NCBI GenBank assembly: GCA_036679065.1
Contig: JAZIGN010000003.1
Span: 416,001-480,000 of the forward strand
Length of the DNA: 64,000 bases
Direction of reading: 5' to 3'
From: Coprothermobacterota bacterium
Lineage (GTDB): Bacteria; Coprothermobacterota; Coprothermobacteria; Coprothermobacterales; Coprothermobacteraceae
Part shown: piece after piece, positions 38,572-49,102 of the stretch
Layout: each line of letters begins with the position of its first letter
Position numbering within the stretch: position 1 is the first letter of the stretch
Program-made: the position numbers and the translations under genes
The notes under the pieces: model-generated
Seen by the model: the letters and a program-made list of their open reading frames with translations, nothing else
Told to the model about the DNA's origin: nothing
The model's database searches: none

Positions 38572-39693
38572 ATGGAAAGTTTATATGAGGAACCTCAAGT
38601 GCAACCGGATTTTCCGAAGAGGGAAAAAAGCATTTGGGCCAGGGTTTTGACTGCAGCTCTGCTAGTAGCAGTAGTGTTTGTTTCAGGATTGGTAGGTTAT
38701 GCTTACGGCTATAGCCAAAAACCTGATGTAACCGCAGGCCCAGTGGTGGTTACCACGTCAGAAACTTCGAGTACAGCCAGCAATCTGTTGGTTAGTTTAC
38801 AAAACCAGATTGAACTTGTAGCAGATCGGGCATCGGACGCCGTGGTCAATATTCAAACAGAATCAATCTCCTATGATCTTTGGTTTCAGGCGGTTCCTTC
38901 TCAGGGATTGGGATCTGGGTTCTTCATAAGTAGTGATGGTTACGTACTCACGAATAATCATGTGATTGAGGGAGCTAGAAGCATAACCGTAATTACGCGA
39001 GACGGCAAGCGTTACACAGCGAAAGTAGTAGGCAGCGATCAGCTTTCTGATTTAGCCGTGTTAAAAGTAGATATTTCGGGCGCCAAATTCTTAAGTTTTA
39101 GGAGTACCGACACAGTAAAAGTAGGCGAATTTGTAGTGGCTATTGGTAACCCGCTGGGACTTAGCCATTCAGTTACATTTGGTGTGCTTTCCGCAAAAGA
39201 GCGAAGTATCCAAGAGCCCAATGGTGCGCTTATTGTTGACATGCTCCAGACCGATGCTGCCATTAATCCCGGAAACTCAGGAGGGCCTCTTTTGGATCTG
39301 AATGGTAAGGTAGTAGGTATTAATACTGCTATTAGTACTGAAGGCCAAGGCATAGGTTTTGCCGTATCTGCTGACACAGCCGTAAAGGTAGTCAACGATC
39401 TGATTCAACATGGTTATGTAAGGTGGGCTTATTTGGGTGTGGTTACTCGAGATACGTCCACAGATGACGGTGTTGTAGTAGTGGACATGGACGCAAATGG
39501 TCCGGCATACAAAGCGGGTGTAAAAGTTGGTGACAAAATAGTATCTCTCGATGGCCAAGCTGTCAGAAATCAGCAAGATCTTAATAGCTTAATTAGGAAG
39601 AGAAACCCTGGTGACAAAATAGTTGTTACTGTGAACAGATCAGGACAAAACTTGAATATTACGGTGACTCTTGGAGAGAGGCCTAAAAGCTGA
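38572..39693 (+). CDS. htrA: HtrA/DegP-family serine protease (TM anchor, trypsin domain, PDZ)
   Basis: GSGF, TNNHV, DLAV, TDAAINPGNSGGPL. Confidence 0.93.
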   Translation: MESLYEEPQVQPDFPKREKSIWARVLTAALLVAVVFVSGLVGYAYGYSQKPDVTAGPVVVTTSETSSTASNLLVSLQNQIELVADRASDAVVNIQTESISYDLWFQAVPSQGLGSGFFISSDGYVLTNNHVIEGARSITVITRDGKRYTAKVVGSDQLSDLAVLKVDISGAKFLSFRSTDTVKVGEFVVAIGNPLGLSHSVTFGVLSAKERSIQEPNGALIVDMLQTDAAINPGNSGGPLLDLNGKVVGINTAISTEGQGIGFAVSADTAVKVVNDLIQHGYVRWAYLGVVTRDTSTDDGVVVVDMDANGPAYKAGVKVGDKIVSLDGQAVRNQQDLNSLIRKRNPGDKIVVTVNRSGQNLNITVTLGERPKS

Positions 39694-39848
39694 TAATCAT
39701 TACGATTTTTAAAGATTGAAATAGCATTGTGAAGTTTTTTTGCGGAAAATCGCGAAATATATAGCTTTTGTAGTTGCGTTGTGGACTAAGTATGGTAAAA
39801 TACTAAGCTGCATTGAAATACATCAAAAATAGAAGGGAGTGGTGGTAG

Positions 39849-40274
39849 GTGAACACCATCGGTCGTCACTTTATTGTTGAAGCATCAAGATGCAATCCTG
39901 ATGTGCTAAATGACATCGATAGAATTGAAGGCATTTTGGTAGAAGCAGCTCGCCAGGCAAATGCAACCGTGGTGACTTCTACCTTTCACCATTTCTACCC
40001 GCAGGGTGTGAGTGGTGTAGTAGTGGTCTCCGAGTCTCATTTGGCCATACATACGTGGCCCGAGAAGGGTTATGCCGCTCTGGACATTTATACATGCGGT
40101 GACACCACGGACCCTCAGAAAGCCGTGGACTACGTTGTCAGCTCTCTGGGAGCGAAGGAAGTTGTGGAAACCTTCGTTCTAAGGGGCGTTGAACAAAGTG
40201 ATGCATTTACGCACGTGATGACAACTTCACAAGAGAGGGAAGATGAGGGTGAAAAACTGGCTGTGGTTCTCTGA
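39849..40274 (+). CDS. speD: S-adenosylmethionine decarboxylase proenzyme
   Basis: SESHLAIHTWPE self-cleavage motif, DIYTCG. Confidence 0.93.
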   Translation: MNTIGRHFIVEASRCNPDVLNDIDRIEGILVEAARQANATVVTSTFHHFYPQGVSGVVVVSESHLAIHTWPEKGYAALDIYTCGDTTDPQKAVDYVVSSLGAKEVVETFVLRGVEQSDAFTHVMTTSQEREDEGEKLAVVL

Positions 40275-41187
40275 TTTTTTCAGCTCTTCTGAGGTACACT
40301 TGCACGGGTTTACCGAGCATTTGCTGGAGAAAACTACACGCTTTCAAGATATTGACATAGTCGATACGCCTTTCTTTGGTCGCATGCTCATCATCGATGG
40401 AGACGTTCAGTCTAGCGAAAAGGATGAATTCATTTATCATGAAGCCATGGTTCATCCAGCCATGCTACTCCACCCGCATCCAAGAAGAGTTTTGATTATG
40501 GGCGGAGGAGAAGGTGCGACTGCCCGTGAAGTGCTTAAGCACAAAACAGTGGAAGAGCTTTACATGGTGGACATAGATGAAGATATGATAGCGGCAGCAA
40601 GAGAGTTTTTAACGTCTTGGCATCAAGGAGCCTTCGATGATCCACGCATGCATCTCATATTCGATGACGCAAGAAAGGTCGTTGAGAATTTCGAGAATGG
40701 TTCGCTGAATGTTGTTATAAGTGACCTTACAGAACCTTTTGAGATGGGCCCTTCATTTCCGCTTTTCACTAAGCAGTTTGCACAAGTGGTTTACGATAAA
40801 CTCGATGACCAAGGGGTCTACGTGGTACAATCTTCTATTTTGCGACCTTCGATCTACACCATGCACGCTGCCATTAGAAGGACCTTGCAGGCTGTTTTCC
40901 CTGTGGTGAGATCATACGCTGTTTATGTGGAATCTTTTGATACACCTTGGTCTTTTATCATTGCTTCGAAAGGTAAAGACCCCATGGACTGGACGAGCGA
41001 AGAATTGCATGGTGCCATAAGAGAAAGAATAAGTGGAGAACTTAAGATGTATGATGCTGAATCTCATTGGCACATGTTCTATTTACCAAAGAACATAAGA
41101 GAGGCTATTGATGAGCCTGGCCCTATACTCGATGAAGAACATCCTATTTATTTGACGCGAAAAGGAGATATCTTACCTTATAAGTGA
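40243..41187 (+). CDS. speE: Polyamine aminopropyltransferase
   Basis: DEFIYHE, GGGEGA, VDID, DLTEP. Confidence 0.93.
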   Translation: MRVKNWLWFSDFFSSSEVHLHGFTEHLLEKTTRFQDIDIVDTPFFGRMLIIDGDVQSSEKDEFIYHEAMVHPAMLLHPHPRRVLIMGGGEGATAREVLKHKTVEELYMVDIDEDMIAAAREFLTSWHQGAFDDPRMHLIFDDARKVVENFENGSLNVVISDLTEPFEMGPSFPLFTKQFAQVVYDKLDDQGVYVVQSSILRPSIYTMHAAIRRTLQAVFPVVRSYAVYVESFDTPWSFIIASKGKDPMDWTSEELHGAIRERISGELKMYDAESHWHMFYLPKNIREAIDEPGPILDEEHPIYLTRKGDILPYK

Positions 41188-41293
41188 AACAAGGCAGTAC
41201 GTACATGCACATGACAAATAGAAAAAAGATGCTTCAGGAGAAAAGTGCCGCCTACAAGGGGCAGTGTTGGTAAGACAGTAAAATTGAGTTTTC

Positions 41294-41333
41294 GTGGAAC
41301 AGGCATGATTTCGGTCATGCCTGTTCCACTTTT
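41294..41333 (+). terminator. Intrinsic terminator after speDE
   Basis: 15-bp perfect stem GTGGAACAGGCATGA/TCATGCCTGTTCCAC followed by TTTT. Confidence 0.85.
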
Positions 41334-41530
41334 ATAAGCTCCCCCTCGGCTTTTTTATTCTTAGTGTTGAGACTACTTCGCCTCATTCATTCTTTCTTTT
41401 CTTCTCCCATTGCAAGAACTGCAAGAGGATTAGCACGAGCGGCGATTGCCACTGATTTCCATTTAGGAAATGCCACTTGCAATATCGGGTGTCGGCGGTT
41501 TGAGGTTGTCTGCCATTGAAATTCCTATAC

Positions 41531-42658
41531 TTATCTTGTGAACAACTCAATAGATTTTAAGTATTTACCCTCGCCAACATGTAAGTTCGGTTCTTGGACG
41601 ATTCCTCTGGACACAAGTTCTTCATTCAACATACCAAAGAGAATGTGGTACACTTCATTGGCAACTTCTTCTTTGGGTACACCATGTTGACGGCAATAGA
41701 GTTGGAACATGATAGGAGAGTTGCCTAGCACCTTCCTTATGTCGTCTCCAATACAGCCAATCACTATTTTAGTCAGTTCCTCAACAACATTCTTGGCACT
41801 CTGGTGAAATACGGGCACGGCGTATTGACCGCCAGATATGTATCCAAAGGCTTCAAACAGTCGCATACAATTCTCATCACAGCTTCCAGTTTCATCGAAA
41901 ATCTGGAGTTCGTTTAGGATGTGTGCCCTATAGTCATTGCAGGTAGCAGCATCCCATATCATTTCGATCTGCTTTGATACATGAGGAACTGCGCCCAACA
42001 GTTTTTGACAAGAGAAGCGGTAAAAGTCAATTCTACTTCCATCAGCATCCCCGAAAGATTGCAGTGCTCGTGTGCCGTCGGAAAAGCGGTTATAGGAGCA
42101 CAGCAGATGGTTTGAGAAGCTGTCCAACTCCGGACATTTCTCATACACCGTGATAATATAGTCAATACCAGAGGAATGGAAGCGAGAAGTCACAAGCTGA
42201 TTGTGTTTGCTTAAATAGTCAAAAAGACTACCGTCAAATACAGCTCCACACAACAAGTGATACAGATTTGTTTTTTCATCAAATCCATTCTCAATGGAAC
42301 TGACACAGGCATAAAATTCTGATTTCTTTTCACAAAGTTTGTCAGCTAAACTTGAGATCTCCGTTCCTAAACAGTCAAAAATGCTCTGGATATCCTCATG
42401 CACAATGACGGTAGAGTCCAGCAAAAGCATATCATTCTCAACCCGAAACAAACCAATATGAATTAAGTCGTTGATTTGCTGGGGTTTGTATTGACTGCAC
42501 ATTTCATGGTAGTCGCACGCAAAGGGCGTTGTATTTACCACATCAGACAATATGTTATCACTGGAACTATTCAGATAGCTTCGAGGGTTATCGCCAGTGG
42601 GCACACTTGCAGAATCAAAATTCTCAAACAAGAAGTAATCGAAATTTCTTTGCTTCAT
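41531..42658 (-). CDS. Hypothetical Cys-rich protein
   Basis: 375-aa ORF, ATGA-coupled to the upstream ORF; no family recognised. Confidence 0.75.
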   Translation of the reverse strand: MKQRNFDYFLFENFDSASVPTGDNPRSYLNSSSDNILSDVVNTTPFACDYHEMCSQYKPQQINDLIHIGLFRVENDMLLLDSTVIVHEDIQSIFDCLGTEISSLADKLCEKKSEFYACVSSIENGFDEKTNLYHLLCGAVFDGSLFDYLSKHNQLVTSRFHSSGIDYIITVYEKCPELDSFSNHLLCSYNRFSDGTRALQSFGDADGSRIDFYRFSCQKLLGAVPHVSKQIEMIWDAATCNDYRAHILNELQIFDETGSCDENCMRLFEAFGYISGGQYAVPVFHQSAKNVVEELTKIVIGCIGDDIRKVLGNSPIMFQLYCRQHGVPKEEVANEVYHILFGMLNEELVSRGIVQEPNLHVGEGKYLKSIELFTR

Positions 42659-43194
42659 ATCTTTATCTGCTTGTCAATTGTCTTAAATAGCTCAGCGAGT
42701 TTATGAAAGGATGTTTTGTTATTCGGTAGCCAGGAAGTATATAAGTCATTAAGTTCCTTGCTTTCGCTAAGTGTTGCCTTCACCATGGAATGAGCAAAGC
42801 TATTTGCATCTAGTTCATAGGGAAAGCTCAAATAAGCCTGAGTGAAATAATCTTCGTCACCATCAAGTTTGCACTCTACCCATGCATTGTCAAGCAACCG
42901 AAAACAAATGCCATTGTATAGTAGGACATATGGCAGACTCTCTCTGATTTCTTTATCGAGCTGTTCGGGGTGGGCATATTGAAGAGCGTGTCGCATCTCG
43001 TGATAGAGATAAAATAAAACTTTATATACGGGAGCGTTCAGAAGTAAATTAACATTTACAAACAATGTGTTGATTGTAACATCATAAGTACCGTAGGCTG
43101 TTTTATAACCACTGAACACATCATCAGACACAAAAGAAAAATCCAAACCATTTGCTCTACGGAAGCTATCAATTATAGGTTTAATGTGTTTCAT
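42655..43194 (-). CDS. Hypothetical protein with an HExxH zinc-metallopeptidase-like motif
   Basis: LYHEMRHALQ and downstream YELDA. Confidence 0.7.
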   Translation of the reverse strand: MKHIKPIIDSFRRANGLDFSFVSDDVFSGYKTAYGTYDVTINTLFVNVNLLLNAPVYKVLFYLYHEMRHALQYAHPEQLDKEIRESLPYVLLYNGICFRLLDNAWVECKLDGDEDYFTQAYLSFPYELDANSFAHSMVKATLSESKELNDLYTSWLPNNKTSFHKLAELFKTIDKQIKI

Positions 43195-43590
43195 ATATCC
43201 TTCATATTACACTTGAACTCACAATTTATCCATTTGTAGATATGATGTTCAAAGGCAAATTAGAATAGCCTGTTATTAGCATACACACGTTTTTTTCATC
43301 AAGTGTGGGAATTTTCCAGTTTAGTCTGTTGCCTGTAACAATACTCATTGACGGTATCTCCAATCAATTTATCATTCGCGAAAGCGACGTGTGGACGCAC
43401 ATTATTATGTGTCTTTTTGATTTAATTTTCGAGGGGTTTCTTGAAATTTACCGCATTAATGTATAACGTTTTTGCATCCTTTGTTCCAATCCCGCTAAAC
43501 AGGCCGTAGTTCGTAAGAATTGATGTTTTACTGTTGCATGTCCACTCTGCCAATGCGGGGATGTTTTTCAGTACTTGAGAAATAGGAAAA

Positions 43591-44232
43591 CTAATCGGTC
43601 ACAATATCTTTGACGTCGTAGCCTTCTTCCCAGTAGAATGTTTCAGGTAACGTATGGGCTTTAATGTTTTCTGGGAATTCGGAAGCAAATACAACAGCAT
43701 TTAGCGATTCGTCAAAATAAAGTTTCATGTCCACACCATTGTTCCTGACCAAGAACGCTTTGCTACCATAAAAGCCAGCGAAGTTGCTTTTCCTTTTTAG
43801 CAGGAAAACGGGTGGCAGATTCTTAAGTACCAGTTCGGTAAGTATGAGCTGTGTGTCACTAATATTCATCTCCGACACCAGCGAAATTAGGTTTTCTTCG
43901 GTACCGTTCATGCATAGGATGTACGGGCCCATTTTGAAGGGGTGAACTTGGCTAGCATCGCTGGGCAGCCCGGGAGATGCTTTTCTTGTGTGGAAAAGAA
44001 ACCATTCTCCCACATCTCTCAAATCTTGCATTTCTTGAGCAGCTTTACTTGCAGGCAATTTATCGGGTAGCCCTTTTTTCCAAACAAAAGAGGAGCCTTT
44101 TGTCCTTACGGCAAAGCCATTCCCATCCCCGCCACGTTTTCCCTCTAAAAAACTAAAAAACTCAGACAAATTTGGCAATACACTGCCGAATAAGGCAAAA
44201 CTTTCTTTGTTAAACAAAGTTATTCTACACAT
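43591..44232 (-). CDS. Class II glutamine amidotransferase-domain protein
   Basis: N-terminal MCR nucleophile, DGNG, HTRKAS, HPF, MNG, SDT. Confidence 0.8.
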   Translation of the reverse strand: MCRITLFNKESFALFGSVLPNLSEFFSFLEGKRGGDGNGFAVRTKGSSFVWKKGLPDKLPASKAAQEMQDLRDVGEWFLFHTRKASPGLPSDASQVHPFKMGPYILCMNGTEENLISLVSEMNISDTQLILTELVLKNLPPVFLLKRKSNFAGFYGSKAFLVRNNGVDMKLYFDESLNAVVFASEFPENIKAHTLPETFYWEEGYDVKDIVTD

Positions 44233-44284
44233 GCATGAAATCCTCCTAACTCTATTAATATTAAAGGAGAATGAGGTGGTTAGA

Positions 44285-45115
44285 ATGAATTCTTACAAGG
44301 CAATAAAACTAGCGTTGGGCTCTGGCGGTTACTTTGGCTTTGCGCATATCGGTGTGCTTAAGGTGCTTGAGCGAGAAGGTATTAAAGTAGAAGCTGTTTC
44401 TGGTTCATCTGTGGGAAGCATTATGGCTGTGTTGCATGCTAAGGGCCTGAGCGCTGATGAAATGGAGAAGGCTTCTTTGGAATTTGCGGAAACGCTTTTT
44501 ACCTATAGGTCTTGGACTTCCGTAATATCGAATCACATGAGCGAAGAAAAAATGATGAAAGCTGTGGAAGATCTAATCTGGGTAAAAGATTTTTCTCAGC
44601 TTAAAATACCCACATTCATATGTGCCACTGATTTAGTTCGTTTTAAGACTGTCTGGTTTTCCGAGGGGGATTTGGTTACAGCAGTACGTGCTAGCATTGC
44701 TGTTCCTGGTGTTTTCCCTGCGCTGGAAAAAGACGGTGTTGTATTAGCAGACGGTGGCATACTTGAGCCTTTACCTGTGGATGTGTTTAAGAGTAGCGAT
44801 GTGCCTGTGGTGGCTGTAAACCTTTACAGTTACGACAACTACGTTGCTTGGGAATTGCCAAGGAACAGGGTAAAAAAGCCTGTGGCGACTCTGATGAGGA
44901 CCTCAGATGCCATGTTGTGGGCTACTGCACAGCGTCAAAAAGAGTTTTGGTTCATCACCATTGAGCCTGATTTATCTTGTGCTAATGATGAGAGTTTGTC
45001 AGTGAAAGAGAGAGCAGCAGCCATGATCAAAAAAGGTGAAGAGGCGGCAGAATCCGCCTTGCCTGAACTGGAAAAAATGTTCCAAAGGACGTTACCTAAA
45101 CAGGAAGGAGTGTAG
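44285..45115 (+). CDS. Patatin-like phospholipase
   Basis: LGSGG..G.AHIGV, GSSVG, ASIAVPG, DGG. Confidence 0.92.
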   Translation: MNSYKAIKLALGSGGYFGFAHIGVLKVLEREGIKVEAVSGSSVGSIMAVLHAKGLSADEMEKASLEFAETLFTYRSWTSVISNHMSEEKMMKAVEDLIWVKDFSQLKIPTFICATDLVRFKTVWFSEGDLVTAVRASIAVPGVFPALEKDGVVLADGGILEPLPVDVFKSSDVPVVAVNLYSYDNYVAWELPRNRVKKPVATLMRTSDAMLWATAQRQKEFWFITIEPDLSCANDESLSVKERAAAMIKKGEEAAESALPELEKMFQRTLPKQEGV

Positions 45116-45122
45116 TGTAATC

Positions 45123-46157
45123 ATGGAGGTTGGAATTGTTGGTCTACCTTTATGCGGCAAAACCACACTTTTTAAAGCTTTAACAGGAAATAAAATACCG
45201 GTGAAAGATAAGGAAATAAACATGGGGGCTGCATTGGTACCTGATGAGCGAGTGGATGCTTTGGCTGCTGTTTTTAAATCCAAAAAAGTGGTTTATGCAT
45301 CCATTAATGTGGTGGACATGCCGGGAGTGGATCCTGACGACAGAAAGAGCACGTCACGCTTTTTGGAAGGTGCTCGAAGCGTTGATGCCTTGGTACATGT
45401 TGTAAGGGGTTTTGAGAGCGATTTGGTGCCACATCCTATGGGTCGAATAAATCCCAAAGAAGATGCAGAAATACTGGATACAGAGCTCATCTTTGCTGAT
45501 ATGGAAATGGCTGAGAAACGTTTGTCGGCTAAAAAGATCCCGCAAGAAGAAAAGGTACTTCTTGACAAGGCGTCCAAGGTGCTTGAACAAGAACAGCTAT
45601 TGGTTTATGGAGATTCCCTCACAGAAGAAGAGAAGGAACAACTTAAGAAAATGGGGTTTGTAACCGCAAGGCCTCAGATGTATGTTTTGAATATAGAAGA
45701 AAATACATCAAAATCATTAATTGATGACTTTACAATGTTTGCACATGAGAAGGGGCGTTTATCTTTAGTAGTGAATGCAGAACTAGAATCTGAGATTTCA
45801 TCATTGGAACCAGGGGAGCAAAAAGCGTTTCTTGAGGAGTACGGCATCGCTGAACCAGCTGTGGTAAGGCTTGCCAAGACTTTGTATGACCTTTTGGGGC
45901 TTCAATCTTTCCTTACCGCTGGAGAGAAGGAAGCCAGAGCTTGGACTGTGAAGAAAGGGGCCACAGCTGTTGAAGCTGCTGGAGTAATTCACAGTGATAT
46001 TGCTCGTGGCTTTATCAGAGCCGAAGTAGTAAACTGGCAAGATTTGGTTAATGTTGGAGGATGGAAGGAAGCACAGCAGGCAGGCTTAGTACGCCTAGAA
46101 AGAAAAGATTACATCATACAAGAAGGGGACGTGCTGTATTTTAGATTTCACGTCTGA
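45123..46157 (+). CDS. ychF: Obg-family ATPase YchF
   Basis: GIVGLPLCGKTT, DMPG, TGS domain AAGVIHSDIARGFIRAEV. Confidence 0.9.
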   Translation: MEVGIVGLPLCGKTTLFKALTGNKIPVKDKEINMGAALVPDERVDALAAVFKSKKVVYASINVVDMPGVDPDDRKSTSRFLEGARSVDALVHVVRGFESDLVPHPMGRINPKEDAEILDTELIFADMEMAEKRLSAKKIPQEEKVLLDKASKVLEQEQLLVYGDSLTEEEKEQLKKMGFVTARPQMYVLNIEENTSKSLIDDFTMFAHEKGRLSLVVNAELESEISSLEPGEQKAFLEEYGIAEPAVVRLAKTLYDLLGLQSFLTAGEKEARAWTVKKGATAVEAAGVIHSDIARGFIRAEVVNWQDLVNVGGWKEAQQAGLVRLERKDYIIQEGDVLYFRFHV

Positions 46158-47679
46158 TTAGCTCTTCAGCAACGGGATGCCTCATTACGATCATCAAGAG
46201 GCCATATACAACGGCTGATATGAATACGTTCAATAGTGTGTACATGTTTCTCATTGGCAAGAATCTATATAGCGAGTATGTAACTATGCCCATAATCGTT
46301 GCGGCAATAAAAGACTTGATCATGGGCTGCAAGCAGGGTCTTAATGTGAGGTGTGGTATTTTGCCTCTGATAAACACATGATACAGGATCACATTTAAGC
46401 AAATGGTTATGGATGTTGACAGAGCAAGACCCAGTGCTCCTAGGCCTAAGGGAAAAGCAAGTATGTAGTTAAGTGCAATGTTAAATATTACGCCAGCACT
46501 AGCTATTTTCATTGGGGTAGATGTGTCTCCAGTGGTGTAATAGAGCCGTGGGTAAAGCATGCTCAAACCAGCAGCAAAGAGGCCAATCCCGTAGGCTCTT
46601 ATAAGGGTTCCTGTAACTTGTGCATCTCTTAGCGAGAAATTGCCACGCTGGAACAGCAGTTTTGCCAGTGGGAAACCTAGTATGATCAATCCAATAGCTG
46701 AGGGTATCATGATGGCTTGTATGACATTAAATGCTTTCTGAACGCGCCGATTAAGGTCTTGGTAGGCTGAACTATGAAAATCCTCAATGATGTAAGGATA
46801 GTAAGCCGCAGAAACACTGGCAGCAAAAATACCAACCACCATAGTCATGAGCTGGTTACCGTAGTTAAGTGCGGCAATGCTTCCTACAGGTAGAAATGAA
46901 GCCATTATCTGGTCTACAAGCACATTTATGTACTGTACCGAGCTTCCAAGTAATATGGGAAAAGCTAATACCAAAAACTCTTTGACATAGGGATTTTTGA
47001 AATCAACAAAGGGACGAAAAAAACCTGTGTTCTTGCTAGCTATTCTGAGTAGTGGTATCAAAACAAAAACAGCCGCACCTGAGATGGTTCCTAATGCCAG
47101 AAGAAAAATACTTTGATGGGGGAAAGCGAAGTAAGCTAGTACTATGAATAGAAGTATGATGATGTTTTGCATCGGGGCTGAAACCATGTAAGGAACGAAG
47201 TCTTTGTAGGCTTGACTTAATCCTGTGAGCATGCCATTCATGACAATGAAAAGCGTGGAAAAAGCAGTAAACCTGAGAAAGTAAACAGCTAAATTAAAAC
47301 GTGCTCCGCTTTCGCTCAAGAAACCGGGTGCGAATACTGCAACGAAAGGCTGTGGAAAAATGGATAAGATCAGAGAAAAAATAAACAAAGCAAACGCCGT
47401 AGTGCCTACAATTGCATTGGCAGCCTGCCAAGCGCTTTTTTCGTCTTTTTCGTGTCTAAGTCTCATGAAAAGAGGAATTAACCCTGCTGAAGTAGAGGCA
47501 TTTAATAAGCTACCAAGCTGGTTAGGTATGTATTGAGAAATGTTGTATGCATCGCGAATACCACTTAGACCGTAGAGTGAAGCCAAGGCGACTTCCCGAA
47601 GAAAGCCTGTTACGCGGCTAATTAGCACAGCAACGGTTACTTGCCCCGTTGCTTTTCTCAAGCTTGGCTGGTTTTCCAT
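46141..47679 (-). CDS. murJ: Lipid II flippase MurJ (MviN)
   Basis: SRVTGFLRE, LFQRGNF, DTSTPM, many TM helices; start 47679 or 47685. Confidence 0.9.
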   Translation of the reverse strand: MENQPSLRKATGQVTVAVLISRVTGFLREVALASLYGLSGIRDAYNISQYIPNQLGSLLNASTSAGLIPLFMRLRHEKDEKSAWQAANAIVGTTAFALFIFSLILSIFPQPFVAVFAPGFLSESGARFNLAVYFLRFTAFSTLFIVMNGMLTGLSQAYKDFVPYMVSAPMQNIIILLFIVLAYFAFPHQSIFLLALGTISGAAVFVLIPLLRIASKNTGFFRPFVDFKNPYVKEFLVLAFPILLGSSVQYINVLVDQIMASFLPVGSIAALNYGNQLMTMVVGIFAASVSAAYYPYIIEDFHSSAYQDLNRRVQKAFNVIQAIMIPSAIGLIILGFPLAKLLFQRGNFSLRDAQVTGTLIRAYGIGLFAAGLSMLYPRLYYTTGDTSTPMKIASAGVIFNIALNYILAFPLGLGALGLALSTSITICLNVILYHVFIRGKIPHLTLRPCLQPMIKSFIAATIMGIVTYSLYRFLPMRNMYTLLNVFISAVVYGLLMIVMRHPVAEELIRREI

Positions 47680-47762
47680 AGGCATTTATATGTTAGCATG
47701 AAGCGCACTGCAAAACATAAAGGCCTTTGTAAAGACTTTCAGCTCTGTGTTAACATTTAAGC

Positions 47763-47852
47763 GGAGGGGTGCCCGAACCTGGCAAGGGCCCGGACTCGAA
47801 ATCCGAGGGCAGCCTTATGGCTGTGTGGGTTCAAATCCCACCCCCTCCGCCA
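47763..47852 (+). tRNA. tRNA-Ser (CGA)
   Basis: Acceptor stem GGAGGGG/CCCCTCC, G discriminator, encoded CCA, anticodon loop CT-CGA-AA, long variable arm GCAGCC/GGCTGT, T arm GTGGG-TTCAAAT-CCCAC. Confidence 0.95.
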
Positions 47853-47874
47853 AAGGGTTAATTAGGGTATGTGG

Positions 47875-49059
47875 CTAAGATTGGATTACGCCCAGTTCTT
47901 TCCCCACAGCAGTAAATTGCTCCACAGCAAAATCAAGATCGTCTCGGCTGTGAGTAGCTGAAATCATGACACGCATGCGCGCTTTGCCCTTCGGGACAGT
48001 GGGGTAACTAATGGCTTGAGCAAAAACGTTTCTTTCAAAGAGTTTCTTTGAAAACTCCTGCGTTGTGATTTCATCGCCAATCATAACAGGCGTTATGGGT
48101 GTTTGGCTGTTACCCAAATCGAAACCGGCTTTTCTCATGTGTTCCTTAAAATAGTTGGCATTTTCCCAAAGTTTCTTTACTAGTTCGTCTGACTCCTGAA
48201 GAATTCTTACTGCCTCCATGGAAGCATAAACATCAGCAGCAGTAGGAGCAGAAGAGAAAAGTAGGGGTCTGGCTTTTTGTTTGAGCAGTTCTGCTAGGAG
48301 TTTGCTACCAGCGGCAAAACCACCTACCACGCCAAAAGCCTTGGATAATGTACCTATTTCCACATCAACACGGCCCTGTAAACCAAAGTAATCCACTATG
48401 CCGCGTCCTGAATCACCAAGTACTCCCTCACCGTGAGCATCATCAACGTAAAGGATGCACTGGTACTTATCTGCCAAGTCAGCCAACTTATCCATGGGTG
48501 CTATGTCTCCATCCATGGAGAAAACACCGTCTGTGATAATCATTGCCTTCTTGTAGTTTTGCCTTTCTTGCTTCAAAAGTTCTTCCAAGGTTTGAACGTT
48601 AAGGTGAGGATATCGTATGATCTTAGCTCGACTAAGTCTGCAACCGTCGATTATGGAAGCGTGATTCAACTCGTCCGAAAAGATGGCATCTCCTTCACCA
48701 ACCAAGGCAGGTATGGTGCCTAAATCTGCGCAAAAGCCCGATTGATAAAGAACAGCCGCTTCAGCTCCCTTGAATTCTGCCAGCATTTCTTCTAATTTTT
48801 CCTGAGGTAGTTGATCGCCGGCAATAGTTCTCACTGCTGCAGGCCCAGCCCCATAGTCATCTATGCCTTTCTTTGCCGCTTCCTTCAATCTGGGGTGGTT
48901 TGCAAAACCCAAGTAGTTGTTAGAGGAAAGGTTCAGAACCTTTTTGCCGTCCACAATGATCCATGCACCTTGGGGCGAGCCAATTTTTCTGATGGTCACG
49001 TACAGCCCTTGTTCCCTGCGTTCGTTTAATTCTCTCTCGAATTCTTCCACAGGCATCAT
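47875..49059 (-). CDS. kbl: Glycine C-acetyltransferase (Kbl/BioF family)
   Basis: [37 protein letters not shown]. Confidence 0.88.
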   Translation of the reverse strand: MMPVEEFERELNERREQGLYVTIRKIGSPQGAWIIVDGKKVLNLSSNNYLGFANHPRLKEAAKKGIDDYGAGPAAVRTIAGDQLPQEKLEEMLAEFKGAEAAVLYQSGFCADLGTIPALVGEGDAIFSDELNHASIIDGCRLSRAKIIRYPHLNVQTLEELLKQERQNYKKAMIITDGVFSMDGDIAPMDKLADLADKYQCILYVDDAHGEGVLGDSGRGIVDYFGLQGRVDVEIGTLSKAFGVVGGFAAGSKLLAELLKQKARPLLFSSAPTAADVYASMEAVRILQESDELVKKLWENANYFKEHMRKAGFDLGNSQTPITPVMIGDEITTQEFSKKLFERNVFAQAISYPTVPKGKARMRVMISATHSRDDLDFAVEQFTAVGKELGVIQS

Positions 49060-49102
49060 AGTGCTACCGCCTCCTTAATCTTCATTTAGTATAATATGAC
49101 TC

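Noticed and set aside
41440..41530. Imperfect inverted repeat downstream of the islet as an integron attC site
   Set aside because: No RYYYAAC/GTTRRRY core sites, no second copy and no integrase.
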